A stretch of 64,000 nt of DNA from Camelus ferus (taxonomy: Eukaryota): contig NC_045696.1 of assembly GCF_009834535.1 (NCBI RefSeq), positions 92,754,001 through 92,818,000 of the forward strand. Direction: 5' to 3'. Each line of letters starts with the position of its first letter. Position 1 is the stretch's first letter. This document shows positions 37,201 to 50,225 of the stretch, one piece after another. A program made the translations under genes and the position numbers. The notes under the pieces were generated by a model. The model was not told the origin of the DNA and ran no database searches. It saw nothing but the letters and a program-made list of their open reading frames with translations.

Positions 37201-38761
37201 GAATATATGTATAGATAAGTAAATGCACAAACAAGACTGGAATGATACACCCCGAAGTGGTCATTCCAGGAAAGGGACATGAAATGAGAGAAGAAAGAAT
37301 TTTCTGTTTCTTTTTTTTCTTTTTCAAAGAGAGGATTTTCAATGAAAAAAATTTTGTGATGAATTTTAGTATTTGAGTTTTTTTTTAAATCGATGAGCAT
37401 ATGTATCTATATAACTAAAATGTTTTTTAAAGAAATCTCTGTCATATGCAGTATTGGGTGGGGAAAGAGCAGGGAGGGTTGTCTCCATAGTCATCTGTTT
37501 TCTGTCATATTTTAGAGTTGGTTCCCTGGGTGATGTTATCTTAGTGAGATGGGGCTCACCCTCCGCCTGAGGGGATGGGAGCAGGGGCCAGAGTTAGCCG
37601 GATGGGGGTAGGGTAAGAAGAAGGGGGAGTCAGGCATGGAGCCAGGGAAAACATCGGGCAGGTTGCAGTTAGAGGAAGGAGGGGTAAGACTTAGGTTTAG
37701 GGAATGAAGGGGAAGCTCTGGCAAAAGCTTTAGGAACCTACACCATTTGTGGTTCCATTAGTGAATAGCCCCAGCTCTGGTCATCCACTCTTTTCAGTAC
37801 CGCCTCCATCCTGGAGTGCCTTTACAAGACTCGAGATTGCTTTCAGAACGTGATGACAAATTGTTTCCCACCTGTGGGTTTTCCTTTGTGCCAGCCTTGC
37901 CTGGTTTTGCCTGGCTTTATTCTGTGACCAGAAGAGAAGCTGGAATTCTGAAAAGTTGCTTCAGCCCATTCCCATGAACAAAGGGAGCCTTGTTCCGGGT
38001 TATGCACATCAGCTTTTGGAGGAGTTGAATTCATCAGCTCAGATCTCTGCTTTTCAAGTCCTTGCTCTGGTTAGCACTGTGCTTCTCTGTCTGTGCAGGG
38101 CCAACCCTCACGGAGGAGCAGGCCTGCTCCTGGTTCACTGGGCTCTGGTTACACCAATAAGGTCAGCCCGGGCAGAGGCTGGATGTGGTCCTGGATGGAC
38201 ACCCAAGCTGAAGCCACAAGAGGGTTGTAAGCTTTGTTCCTGTGTGTGCCTTTGCCTACGGCTACATGGATGCCCATACAACTTCTGAGATTTCCATAAA
38301 ATGATCATGTATGTAGTTCACCAGAGTGGTGCTAACAATGGGAATGACCGGTCACCCTTCTGTTGTCCCATCTACCCTCCTGCAACAGAAATTTCTGAAG
38401 AGTTACCAGCACAGACTGGTTTGAGTCCTGGCCGACTGTGGGCGAGGCCTCGAGCACATAAACCAATCCTGAAACTGGTTCCCTGATGGTGGGTTGATCT
38501 TTTCCCCCCAGGGCAGTGGTAACTTTGAGCCCTGTAAGGAGCTATTTGAAAAAGCTCTTGCTGTGGTATGTTGTAAATGACCTTTTACTACCTGGGAAGT
38601 TTCTGGGGACCTGGGGGGGGGGGTCCCGGCTCCTTGTGTGGAGAAGCCGTGAGCCCCGTTTACTGCCCCCTAATGCCCGGAGGCTGATGGCATCCGGTGA
38701 CCCATGTGGGCGTTTGGCTGCCGTTGGCTTCATCTTGGTCTCATTCTATTTCCCTTGACAG

Positions 38762-38801
38762 GGCAGTTTGGGTTTGATGCTGCGCCAGGAATCTTCTGAC
38801 A
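38762..38801 (+). other. PLCH1: 5' UTR portion of the PLCH1 exon 38762-38880
   Basis: Acceptor tcattctatttcccttgacAG at 38760-38761. In-frame TGA at 38775-38777 upstream of the ATG. Confidence 0.75.
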
Positions 38802-38880
38802 ATGAGTTACTGGAACTTGGAGAAAAAGAACAGCGTGCAGTACCGCAGGCACTTCCTGGTGGACAACAGCCTGTTTCATG
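38802..38880 (+). CDS. PLCH1: PLCH1 (phospholipase C eta 1) first coding exon, MSYWNLEKKNSVQYRRHFLVDNSLFH plus 1 nt
   Basis: ATG with A at -3, 79 coding nt, donor ATG|gtgagc at 38881. The peptide is recognisable as a PLCH1 N-terminus that precedes the PH domain, and C3orf33 then PLCH1 on one strand is the mammalian gene order as I recall it. Too short for the supplied ORF track. Confidence 0.88.
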
Positions 38881-41800
38881 GTGAGCTGCATTTTGTCCTC
38901 CCGTCCTTAGAGCTTTAATTTTGTTTCTGATAGCACTTTTATCAGCACTCTGGATGCAAATAGGCGATAATTGTTGGGTTGAACCAAGAGCTTGAGTTCA
39001 CTTGTCGATGAAAAAGTACCCAAGCAGCCCCATGGGACCTGTGTCCCACAGCTGGAAGCAAGCGCCCACCCGGATGACTGTGATGGTGCCATCACCTCCT
39101 ACCTGGCAAGTTAGTTTGTGTCAGTGCTTTTCCTCTTCCACTGCACCGTTGGCTCCAGTAGTACCCCTTTCTGATGTTTGAAATTTGGGGAGCTAGAGCC
39201 ATAGGTAGTGTTTGGTTAATATTGGTGGCTCACCAGTCAGGGCTTATTACCAGCATGCTGTGTCCCTTCTGTCAGGCTCTGGATAAAAACAGAGCAGGTC
39301 ACAGCACTAAACCATACTATCTGGGTGCATTACTGCAGCTGTATATCAGAGAATCATCAATATTAATCATTTCCATGTCAAACTAAGACGAATCGCCTTT
39401 ACCCTGATGGTGTATTTGTTTTGTGAGGCCATCAGGGATCAGCTCTTGTCAATCCTGATATCAGGATGCCCTTGAGTGAAATTTACTTACGAGTCAGAGA
39501 TTTATGTGTTGCCAGAATTTTTGGACTAATCTCCATCAAAAGCTGGTGGAATTGTAGAGGGAAGCGAGAGATTTCACAGGGAGTGGAGTGCTGTTTAACA
39601 GAATCCTGTAATCTTAGCTGCCTTCGACTTTCTAAGTTTGGTTTTTCTCCCCCAATTTAGAGACAGACTTAATGTTTTTTATTGCTTCAGATTAAGTTTA
39701 AGATAACAAACTTAACCCTGTTTACTTTGTTAAGGCACGTTTTGCTGTGTTTTTTCGTGCTCATGATACCTCCTCAGTGTAGGACTTGATTAGTTGGAGG
39801 ATGGCTTCATTTACAGGTCAAGAAAGGGAAGTTGAAATGAAATGACCAGCCCAAGATGACACAGCCAGTTGTTAATAAGGTCAGATCTAAAATGCCAGCC
39901 TCTACCTTTCTGGGCCGGCTCTCTTGGCATTGCAGTGGTGAAGGCCTCTTAGCAAAGGAGACAAAGTGTTGACTTAACACTCTGAGTTCTACTTTGTTTT
40001 CCTGTGAATCTCATCTGACAGTGTTTGCTGTGTGGTATCTTCTGTTACAAATTTACTTGTATTAAAAAAGAATAAATGTGATAATCAAAGAAACATAGGA
40101 ATTAGACAGATCAGCTTTAATTTGCCAAATTTTGTGCGAATTTTGAACAAGGTCAGATGGAGGTGTTTTTAGAATTCATCATTTTAGAATCCCTGTGTCC
40201 CGAGATCTCAAAGGCTGTAACAGCTTACAAACAATTTCCTATGTATTCTTATAGTTGTGTTACCACTTAGTGTATCACTGGATTGCAAGTATTTATGCCG
40301 AGGGCTTGAAGAACATTGTCCTATTAAATCCTTTCAACACTTTTGCAATTGTTACTATTCATCCTACTTTATGGATGGTTAAACAGAGGCTTGGGGAGGT
40401 TGTGAAGTGGTGATGTAAAATCAAACTCACATCTGCTTAACTCCGAAACCCCACTATTTTCTTCCAGGCTCCACCCCCATTTCAGTAGAGAAATTAACAC
40501 TCTGAGAGGTTTAAGTTCTATTCAGCAGTATTTGCTCTGCTATCAACTAGCAGTGTCTGATCTTTACCAAGTTGTATAATCCTTCAGGATCTGTTTTCTC
40601 CTCTGTGAAGTGAGTGTCCTGGACTCAATGATTTTTGAGGTTCTTTCTGGTTCTAGTCTATGAAATTCCATTGAAGTATTTCTGTGAAGCGCAATGACTA
40701 CGTATTTTGCGAGCTGTCTTGTCACTAAACGTGAGGTACACAAGGGGGCAGTAGAATACTTAAAATACGAATTGGTTACTCTTACATTCAAAAGTTACTC
40801 TTTTGAGAGGATTTAGAGATATCAAATCTTCCCAAGATTAAAAGTATTAAAGCCAATTAGAATCATGATTATATTCACTTATGACAAAGCAATAGCTTTA
40901 AGTCTCTCTGATAGTGTAAGATACCATTTTGGATCTCTGTGCCAAAGGATATGTAATTTGGGAAATTATGATGCTTCTGCTCTTCCTTTTTGTTTACCTC
41001 TGCAGAAAATTAATGTCTGTTAAGATAGGAATTTATTTAACTTAATGGAGAGGTGTAAGGAGTTGAGGTATACTTTAAGCCAAGGGAGTGCTAGTGACAA
41101 TACCTTTGCAGAGGATTTCAGAACGTTTCTGAGAGAGTAGAGGGGACAGGACCCCTCTGCGTCAGAAATGTCAGATTTCTTTTGGAGGACCTTCTTGTCT
41201 GCCAGTAACTCTTCTTACATAACCAGATCAATCGAAACAAAAAGAAACAAAACCCCTTACATTAGAAACAGGAAAGAACCATTTCCCCTGCAATATAATA
41301 GACTTTTAGAATATGCAGCCTTGAATGGGCAAAATGTGCTAGACTTCGGCAGTATTCCCAGGAGAAAAAAGCTACATTAAAGTGAGGACTAGGTGGGCTT
41401 AAGTGGTCAATAAAAGGGTAAAAATAAAAATGTAACATTTGTATACTCTTCAACAGTTCATAAAGCATATTCATTTTCTGAGTATGGGAGAGGTATGTTC
41501 TCATTGGAAACAATTTTGAGAATTACCCACACACTCACAACCCGAAGAGAAACACTAATCCTCTGTTTCTGTCCAGTCTCTTACCTACTCTCATCTTCAT
41601 AGCAATCGTGATGTAGGGATGGAGTATCTGGGAAAGGTCGGCAATGGTGAATGCTGGCCACCAGAAAGGAGCTGCTGGAATTGACTTAATTCTGTGTCAG
41701 TGAGGAAGGGACCCCTGTAGGAATTATGATGGGCTGGTTTTGTGTTTCCCACTTGTCTGTCCTTTACCTAGATTTTTAGGGAACCTGTTGAAGTCAAAGG

Positions 41801-44800
41801 GATTGTGTACCTATCAAAGGAGCCAATTGCTAGAGTTTTTCTCTAGTTGGCTTTGTTCTAATATGTTTTCATAGAGAAAAAAAACTTGGGCTAAGAGTGA
41901 TTTCTGTAGTATGATCTTTGCTTTAATGGCTTATATTTTCATGAATTATTATTACTTGAAAATTACCTCTACCCTCAGCTCTTTCTCTTGGTTGTCATGA
42001 ATTGCAGCACTTTTTTCCATCCTAGGACACAGATTCTTATACCAGTGATCAGTGGATTTGCAATTAATACACACTATTTCTAATGCATGTAAGCTTTTTC
42101 AAACATTGGAGTTCCTTAGTGTAATATACTTGGAGGTGGGAATTTTTGTTTTCATGTATTGATAGTTATAATTGTGATGTTGGAAAAATTATTGTTTTCC
42201 TGCACGTTATTATGGTATCACCCCACTTTCTGTTGAAATTTATTTCTGTTGTTACCACGTTGCTACATGACTGTTTCTGAATGACTGTCATAAATCTAGA
42301 CTAGAAATTACAAGTATCTCTCACTATCTAGGGATAAAATTAAGGATAGTTCTTGTATTAAATGTTTATGTAGTATGTGTTTTTAAAAAGTGCCTTCTGT
42401 GTACTTTTACTTTGCCTCTTAACAGCCTTCTAAGGAAACTAATCAATTGATTTAATTAAATAATTACTTTCCCCCAGCCTTCCCTTCCTGGCCAGAGGCC
42501 TCGTCGGTGGTGTGAGGATAGAAACTGGATGGCCCGTGTGAAGGAAGACAGGGTGGGATGGGATCCTGGAGACTAGCTCTGTCTCCAGCTTTACTGCTCA
42601 CTCATGTAGCCTTTTGTCACCTAGGGGACCCTCAGTTTCCCTATTTCTCAAATGAGGCTTTTTCCAGATTCCAAAGTTCCCTTCTAGCAGAAATGTGGCA
42701 GTCTCTGTGTAGTCCGGCAGGACGTGGGGTGAACTGGAGGGCCCTAAGGCCAGAACGCGGGGTGGGAAGCCTGGCTAGACGGCGACGAGGAGGAGAGAGT
42801 CCTGTTTGACTGTAAATTTTGTAGTTACCCTTGCCCTGGCAGAAAGCTCCATTTCTCTTTAGGGGGAGGTGTGTGTGTGCAGGGACCTCCTGAGTCCCTC
42901 CTGACCATGCAGAGAGCAGGATCGAGGACTGACAAGGTTTCAGGACAAACGTCATGATATTCCAAAAAGAGGAGTGGAGAAGTTGCCCATCACTGCAATT
43001 CCATCCTCGCTGGAAAAAGAAAGAAGAATGCCAGGTCCTGCCTGGTAAATATGAAAGGAGAATGAAATTATGCAGGAGTGAATTTAGGCTAGTTTATTAG
43101 CAAGTTATGACTTCAGCAGCCTGCCTGCTGTAGGGGTTTGGGACATTACTAGATTTCTTACTAGAGTGTCATTCCTTTACTGAGTCAAAACCTGGTTTTT
43201 CCAGCTGATGATGACTGTATAAACATCCTCTTCTAAGTCCAGGAAAATACCAGTGCACAGAGAATTCCTACTAATGCAATAATAGTCAAGATTTTGTGAG
43301 CATCATTAAGATCAAAAGTATTATCTCCTGGATAAGAACACTGCATGGAAAAAATTTCAAAGACAAATTGAGAAAGGGGTGGGGGAGATAGATCTTAAAG
43401 GGAGAGAAGATACTTGAGTCGTTTAAATGTTATAAGTTATAATAGAACTAATTCTGGAAGCAGCTTTGCCCAGTGGATTTCCACTTGAGCCCCACACTCA
43501 AGTCTCCCCACCGTGGCCACCAGGCAGAAAGCATGGAGGGCAGGTGTCTTTTCTGGTCTATGATGTTCAGGTGCATCTTGCAAACATGCCAGAGGTGCAG
43601 TGAAGGCTTGGCTAAGGGAGGCAAGGCCTGACCCAGCTGTGGCATCTTGCAGGGGCCACCCTCCTGCAAGGTTGCTTTGGGTGATTTGTTCCCTTTGGGA
43701 CTAAGTTTCCATGTCAGCCAAGTGATTTGATTTAGGACACATGACCTCTAAACTTCTTTCTAAGTGGTGTAATTTCAAGAAATGCTTGTTTCTCTACTTC
43801 CTCTCCTCAGGCTACTTTTAAACAGAGGCTGATTGGGGAGTTTGCTGAGAACTGACTGACCAAAGTGATTTCTGTCCTTCTTCCTTGCCCGAGACAAAGC
43901 AGAGCCAGCCATTCAGGCCTTACAAAAGTAGTTGCTTCTGTCTAGTTAGAACACAAACTTTATTGTGAGCTGGTATGAAACAAGCCTACTCTGTACCCTT
44001 TTCGGAACATGTGCTTTTCCTTCATCTGTTGAAGATGGAGAAAATTCTCAATGAGAGCCTCAGTGAAATGCTATTTATATTAACATTTAATGTTTTTTTG
44101 GGGGGGAGTTGTTGGGGGAGCCTTTCCCCATGATGGGCATTCCATTTGTAACTGGTTTATTGAGTATTCTCAACTTAATGCAGCATATACACAAAAATGT
44201 TTTATTTTTTCTCCAATTAATACTTAAAAAAATACTCTTTGCAGCAGCTTGGGCAGATTCTATTACTTTCTGGCTCCTTTTGGTCATTGAGGGTCTAATC
44301 TGGCTTAAAATGTTAATCTCAAACTCATTTAAATCCCACCTCCTCCCTTAGCCCAGTGCAGGCCTGACCTGAATGTTGGGGGTTGAGGGTGAGGGTTCAT
44401 CTGGCTTTGTTATAGTTCTTCCCCTTGAGGAAGAATTCAAGGCCTAGATCTTCAGATTTGGGTACAAGGAAGAGACCGGGGGAAGCAGAGGTCTTTGACC
44501 CACATCCTGGCACCTGTTGGTACATCACTGGTGGTGAAATAATTCTCTCTCTGTTTCCACCTTCTGTGGATATTTGGTTTTGCCCCGGCCCCCTCTATCA
44601 CCACGGGCTCTTCAGAGAGGCCCCCTGTCCCCCTTTGGCCCCACCCATTGTCTGTTTCTAATTCCCTCTGGCTGAGGCATGGCTTCCCTTGCCCTGCAGA
44701 CTCTTGGGCAACCGCCTGGTCCCCGCCCTTTCTGCCCTTTCTCTTATATCTGTGTTTCTCCATATGGAGTTGTGTCGGCTGCTGCAGGCTGTGGAGGATG

Positions 44801-46239
44801 GGCTGGGCATGCAGTCGCTCCGTCCTCTTCCCAGACCTGCTGACACAGTCTCTCCGTCTCCTCTCACCTGCCGTGGGGGCTGCTCCCATAAGCCTTAGGA
44901 AGTCTCTGAATTACTCTTCAGTAGCTGTTCCCCTGCTCGTCTTTAGGAGTGATTTCAGTCCTCAGAGCACTGCCTACCCCTCCAGGCACCCAGGCTGTAC
45001 ACGTAATAGGGGCTCAGGTACTGGGACATGGAATGGATGGAATCCCACTCTCCTCACCCCTGACAGTTCTGCTTGGGCCCCTCTGGAGCCACTCCAGTCT
45101 GGCCCTTGTCCACTAACATTTTGGATTAGAGTGACTTCCTTTCCCCAAAGGTACTGGTGTTCTTTATTGTGCTTGCTTCTTACAAGCTGTGTAGCTGGAT
45201 TGATTAGAACCAAGCAATTGTCTAGATTTAGAAAAACCCATGGTGAGGTGTCCCAGCCTCTTTTCCCCACTAGGAATCTAACTTGATGGGGGGATTTTGC
45301 TGGGTAACTGAACCCACTGTGTTCTGTTTTGTCATGCTTTCTGTGTCGAGGTGATTCACACTTCGTAATGATGGAGGGCATGGACAGATGTGGGTAGAGT
45401 GCATTGCAAAAGGGCAAATTGAAGATCTGGACACCTGGGAAGCCCAGGTGGATGAGAAGTTAACAGTGTTCAGTCTTTGAAGGTCTAGCTTTAGTTGTTG
45501 TCTGAAACAAGCCTATTGTGTTAAGTGATATCCTTGGCTGGCCTTTCCCAGTAGACTCTCAAATTCTCTTAAACCTGTGGCCACTGGGAGTCCAGCCAAG
45601 CAGAAAGGTCCTTGATTGTGTTCTTTTATGCTTGGGAACACCAGTTTTCTAATTACTGAATTAGAAAGAAGAAATATAACTAATAAACAGTCAACTTCTT
45701 CAGATTTGTAGACTTCTCACATTTTAAGTGGTTACTTATGAGAATTATATCCCCTCAGACGTGTTACAAATTTAAGCCTTTGTTCTTTAAGCTGCATTTC
45801 CATAATTATAATTAATTTTCCTCTGCTGTCTCATTTTCCCAATTGTCTTTTCTACTGTGTGCCTAAAGTATGCACAGAGATGGGTGGGAGAATGAAATGT
45901 CTTTCCACGGGTGGATTCGGGGTTCTTTCAGGGCAGTATAATTATTTAATTTAGTTATACAAAAGATCCAGATTTTTTCATTGGACCACAGTAATAATTA
46001 TTAGTGATTGTTATTTATAATCACAAAACCCTCCTGTCTCCCATCTATCAAAACAAAGATTAGAAATTCCAGTTTGTTCCTTTATACTGTGTACATGAAA
46101 AGTCATCCCCCAAAACCTGCCATAGTTTATATTTTCTTAGGGCTTATTTCTCTCAGCAAGTATGTTTGGGGTTAGCACATGTGCAAACTGTGGGTTTCAA
46201 AGGAATGTTCAGATTTTTTGTTTTTTGTTTATTTGAAGC

Positions 46240-46830
46240 CTATAGCCCAATGTGGGTGTTTCACCCACTCCCACAGCTTCAACTCGCATCTGTACACCAG
46301 TAACTCCCAACAGTGTGTTCCTGGCTTAGCACATCCCTCTGTGCGCCGTACCCAGGTGCGCATCCTCCTCCCCGCAGCTATGCAGAGGCCCCCAGGTCTT
46401 CACACTCACTCCCTTTTCCCTCAGTGCCTGGCTGACTCACCAGCCTTGTTTTGTGCCTTCCCTCCCTCTTGGCACCACAGCTACACTGACCTTCACATTC
46501 CTTTCCCACAAAACTGACCCCTTCTTTGCTTAGCCAGCTGCCACCTCATCCTTCAGATCCCAGAGTAAGGGCCCCCTCTGCAGAGAAACTGATTCTGACT
46601 TCCCAGATCTGGTCAGCCCCCCTTTTAGACTCTTCTCTCATCCTGCATCACTGCCTTGTGGTATGATCACTGTTGCCATAAAACAGTTTCGTGAGAACCA
46701 GTTTAGTTTCTGCCCTCCTCATACTTCTAAGTTCCAGGGGAGCAGAGACTGTTCCGACTTCCATCTCCAGTACCTCGATGAGTGCATTGCATACAGTAGG
46801 TGCTCGTTAAAACATGGCAATTAACAGGGG
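46240..46830 (+). mobile_element. L2 LINE 3' fragment
   Basis: cccactcccacagcttcaactcgcatctgtacac...cctcatccttcagatcccag...taagttccaggggagcagagact...catacagtaggtgctc. Confidence 0.65.
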
Positions 46831-47147
46831 AGAGAAGCACCACCTACTGTTGCATTACTTTTGCACTCTCTCCAGTCTAGCCTTTCATCCTGGTGCTTGG
46901 AAGGCATCGCTCTCTGGCTGCAGACTGTCTTCTTTCCCTCACCCATGCTTTTGCCTTGGATAACAAAAGCATACGTATAAACTGTGCCATGCTGAGACTG
47001 AGAAGGGAAAGGCCGCTCTGCTGAGCATCCTAGTGTGCTTTAGAAAAGACGACTGCAAATGGAGAATGCCTCTAAATGGGAAGGGGCGAAGCCGTGTCTT
47101 TAAAAGAATTTCTTAGACTTTCTGAATTCATTTAATAATACTTTCCA

Positions 47148-47235
47148 GAATTTCCATGTTGGTTATATATGTGTTTATTTTATTCGACTCTGAATTTCCA
47201 TGTTGGTTATATATGTGTTTATTTTATTCGACTCT
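47148..47235. repeat. Perfect 44-bp tandem duplication
   Basis: gaatttccatgttggttatatatgtgtttattttattcgactct occurs twice (47148-47191, 47192-47235), followed by gaa. Confidence 0.97.
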
Positions 47236-47992
47236 GAAAATGGAGGTTTTGTCTGTTAAAATAACACTGTTATTAAAAGCTGTTTAATTGAAGTTATTTT
47301 GCATACTATTAATATTCTCTGCTGCTTGGGTCTGAAAATCTCCAGGCACAGGAGTGAGTGTTGTCTGTGGGATAATTCTTGCCCTGGGGGGTCAGAGTAG
47401 ACCTGCACCAAAACAAAAGCACCAGTTTTGTCAGTAAGAGGAGGGAAGGAGGCCTGGGGGTACGCGAGGAGAATAATTTAACAGCATAGAGCTTGTTTAA
47501 AAGTTAAGAAGATGCATTTTTATTTCAGATTTACGGAGAAGAAAAATGGTTGGCATTAAGGCCTTTCATCTAAGAAACTAAAACACCATGAGAGTACAGT
47601 TCTGACTTCTAGGTAGCAAAGTTACTACGAGAATAACACCTATTTGGGAGGATAAATGTAGAACCTGTGAACACATTTTTTTTGGTCCAAAATTGTTTTG
47701 TCCATATTCGTCTCTTGGTCAGAATATGTGACTGACATATAACAGTGTTCTCAGAACTTGTATTTAAATGTAGAAGATGGTGACTTATCCCCAATTAAAA
47801 TGGAGAAGAGGAAACATATTTATTATTTGGTGTCTTATTTTTATTCCTTGGCAACTTGAAGTTGAATATCAATGCATATCCACAGATGACCACTTTTTTT
47901 GAAATTATACCAGTGTCAGAATTTCAAGGTATTGTGCTTTTAAACCAGCAGAAGCTTATCTCTAGAGACTTGTATTAATTACCTCTTTAAGC

Positions 47993-48200
47993 CAGTGGCT
48001 CCCAGCCTTGGCTGCACATTGGAATCACCTGAGGATATTAAAAAAACCCCAAAAAACCCCAGCAAACTGTTGCTTGGGTCCCAGCCCAGAGGTTCTGATT
48101 AATTGATTTGGGGTATGGCCAGAGCCTCGGGGAATTTTTGGAACTCTGCACATAATTCCAGTGGGCAGCCAGTTATATTCTGGTGGGTTAAGAACCCCAG
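47993..48200. mobile_element. MER5-type hAT-Charlie MITE
   Basis: cagtggctcccagccttggctgcacattggaatcacctgagg...cccagaggttctgattaattgatttgggg...aagaacccc. Confidence 0.8.
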
Positions 48201-48557
48201 ACTTAAGGTGGAAAATACTTTCTCAATGGAACTGTAGAATTCATGAATTTGATAATGGTTATTTTCTGTGATGATAGCCAATTTTATACTGAAGGTATGG
48301 GAAGGGGGGACATCTCAAAAGAATATGGATATAAGTATGTGTTTGAATATGGAAGCAGAAAATGTAGAGTCATTTACACTTGGGATTTTGTAGATGCTCA
48401 TTTTTTGTAAAATTCTTTTTTTCACTTAATTGAGCACAATACAGGCTTACTGTTGAAAAGTTGGAGAGTACAGAAAAGACTAAAGAAATAATCTATAATC
48501 TCAATATGTGTTAAGCCTGCACTTCCTTAAGGTGATTTAAAACCCAAAGACTAAAGA

Positions 48558-48765
48558 TTGATTCTCACCTCTGGTTATACATTAGAACCTGCTGGGGTGC
48601 TTCAAAAGTACCGAAAGTTGGGTCCTATGCTATCCTAGTTAAATCATCTCTGCAGGATGGGTCTGGCATCCTGGGGTCTTCATTCTTTCATTCCTTATAT
48701 CAATATCTTTGTATTTGTTTAACTTCAAGTGATTTTGTTGCACTGTGAAGGGGTGAGAGTCACTG
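48558..48765. mobile_element. MER5-type MITE, more decayed
   Basis: gattctcacctctggttatacattagaacctgctggggtgcttcaaaagtaccg...caagtgattttgttgcactg...tgagagtcactg. Confidence 0.6.
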
Positions 48766-49724
48766 GACTGAAGTTGTAGATTTACTAAAATATTGATCTG
48801 GGTTAGTGAACTAAATCAGGTATTAATTTACTGATTTGGTATCTTTTGTAATTATTCACTAGTTTGGGCAAATGTGCTACATGAAACTCTTGGTTTTATA
48901 CAGAGGAGTGGGGAGGGGCAGGTGATATGCTCACCTTCATATGGTCTTTTTTTTCACTAACAGATTTATTTCATATTCCTTCTAATAATCATTGCTTTCT
49001 TAGTGCCCTTAAAGTGTGATTTGTCCAAGCTTGACAGCTGATACATCTGTTTCGTGATGCAAATAGATACCTTTGAGCATTAACTGATCTCACAAGGTTT
49101 TCCATGGCCTCCTGATGGTAAGTAGAATTACTCTGGGAAGGCTATTAACAGTGAGCAGCAGAGAATGTATTAAGTGTTTTATTTTGACTCATCCATAATG
49201 AGGACTCCACTGTTCACAACAGGATAATTGAAAGGACTGATGCAGAAATAAATAGGAAGCACAGGAACTGGGAGAACAGTACCACTGTTTGGAGTGCGTC
49301 AGATGAATCTCGAGTATTATTAGACTTGTGCTTGTCTGTCTACCCTGGAAAACTAAGGGCTACCTAGAGGCTTAGAGAAGTGCACACATTTTATTGTGGA
49401 AGGCAAACTTTGTCAGTCCCTGTAGACATCTGTTCTACCCCCAACACCTAACATGTGAGAAAACTGTTGCTCAGGGTCCCAACATTCTTCCTTCAAGTGC
49501 AGAGTTGTGAGGGAGAAATCTTGTTTTCTCAGATCGCTCTCGTTTTGCGTGATGGTACCTTCTTTGCACATTCGAGTGGTAAGGGGGACACAGGAATTTG
49601 GAGCAGATGTTAAGATAACTAATTTTAGCCCTTGTCAGGACGAATCGGTGGATTCTGTATTCGAATATTCTTGGGGCGCCATCAGGAAATGTTAGGGCTG
49701 ATGCTGAAAGAAGGTGGTCATTAG

Positions 49725-49890
49725 AACTGGTGATGCTGTTTGCTTTACCAGTGTTATCCCTTTTAAGGCTTTCAGCAGGACAGTTTGACAGGTGAAACTC
49801 AGAGAGGTAAACACTTTGCCACAAACTACATCGTTAGATGATGGTGTTCAAAGCCAGGTTTGTCAGACTCTGAAATCCAGAGTTTTTTCG
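49725..49890 (-). mobile_element. MIR fragment
   Basis: gacaggtgaaactcagagaggtaaacactttgcc...gttcaaagccaggtttgtcagactctgaaatccagag. Confidence 0.65.
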
Positions 49891-50034
49891 CTATTGTGAC
49901 ACAATGGTGTGTCACACACAGTTTTCTCTTTTAAAGCAACTGGGAATTGGGGGTGGGTGATGGATTTAAGTGTTTTAAAAGAGCTTCCAGACCTTTTAGA
50001 GGGCACTGGAGGACTCCAAGAGACACCATGGTGT

Positions 50035-50225
50035 CTCAGGCTGTCCTCAGGCTGAGAAGGGGGCTTAGGGAACTGGGGTGGGGGCCGAGAGCTGGTATCT
50101 GCTGGGGTGGTCCCTGGGAGCTTGTTAGAAATGCGGTCTCACAGCTCCACCTGGGTCCTACTGAATTGGCATGTGCATTTTCACAAGATCCCCAGGTGAT
50201 GGCGCAATAAAGGGTGAGCAGCATG
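50035..50225. mobile_element. MER5A-like MITE fragment
   Basis: cctgggagcttgttagaaatgc...cctactgaatt...tgcattttcacaagatccccaggtgat. Confidence 0.7.

Noticed and set aside
44452..45417. 212-aa (+) and 145/147-aa (-) ORFs
   Set aside because: No recognisable protein, and several frames are open in locally GC-richer DNA. The PLQSG stretch resembles decayed L2 RT.
47148..47235. CRISPR-like direct repeat
   Set aside because: Two adjacent copies with no spacer, in a mammalian intron.
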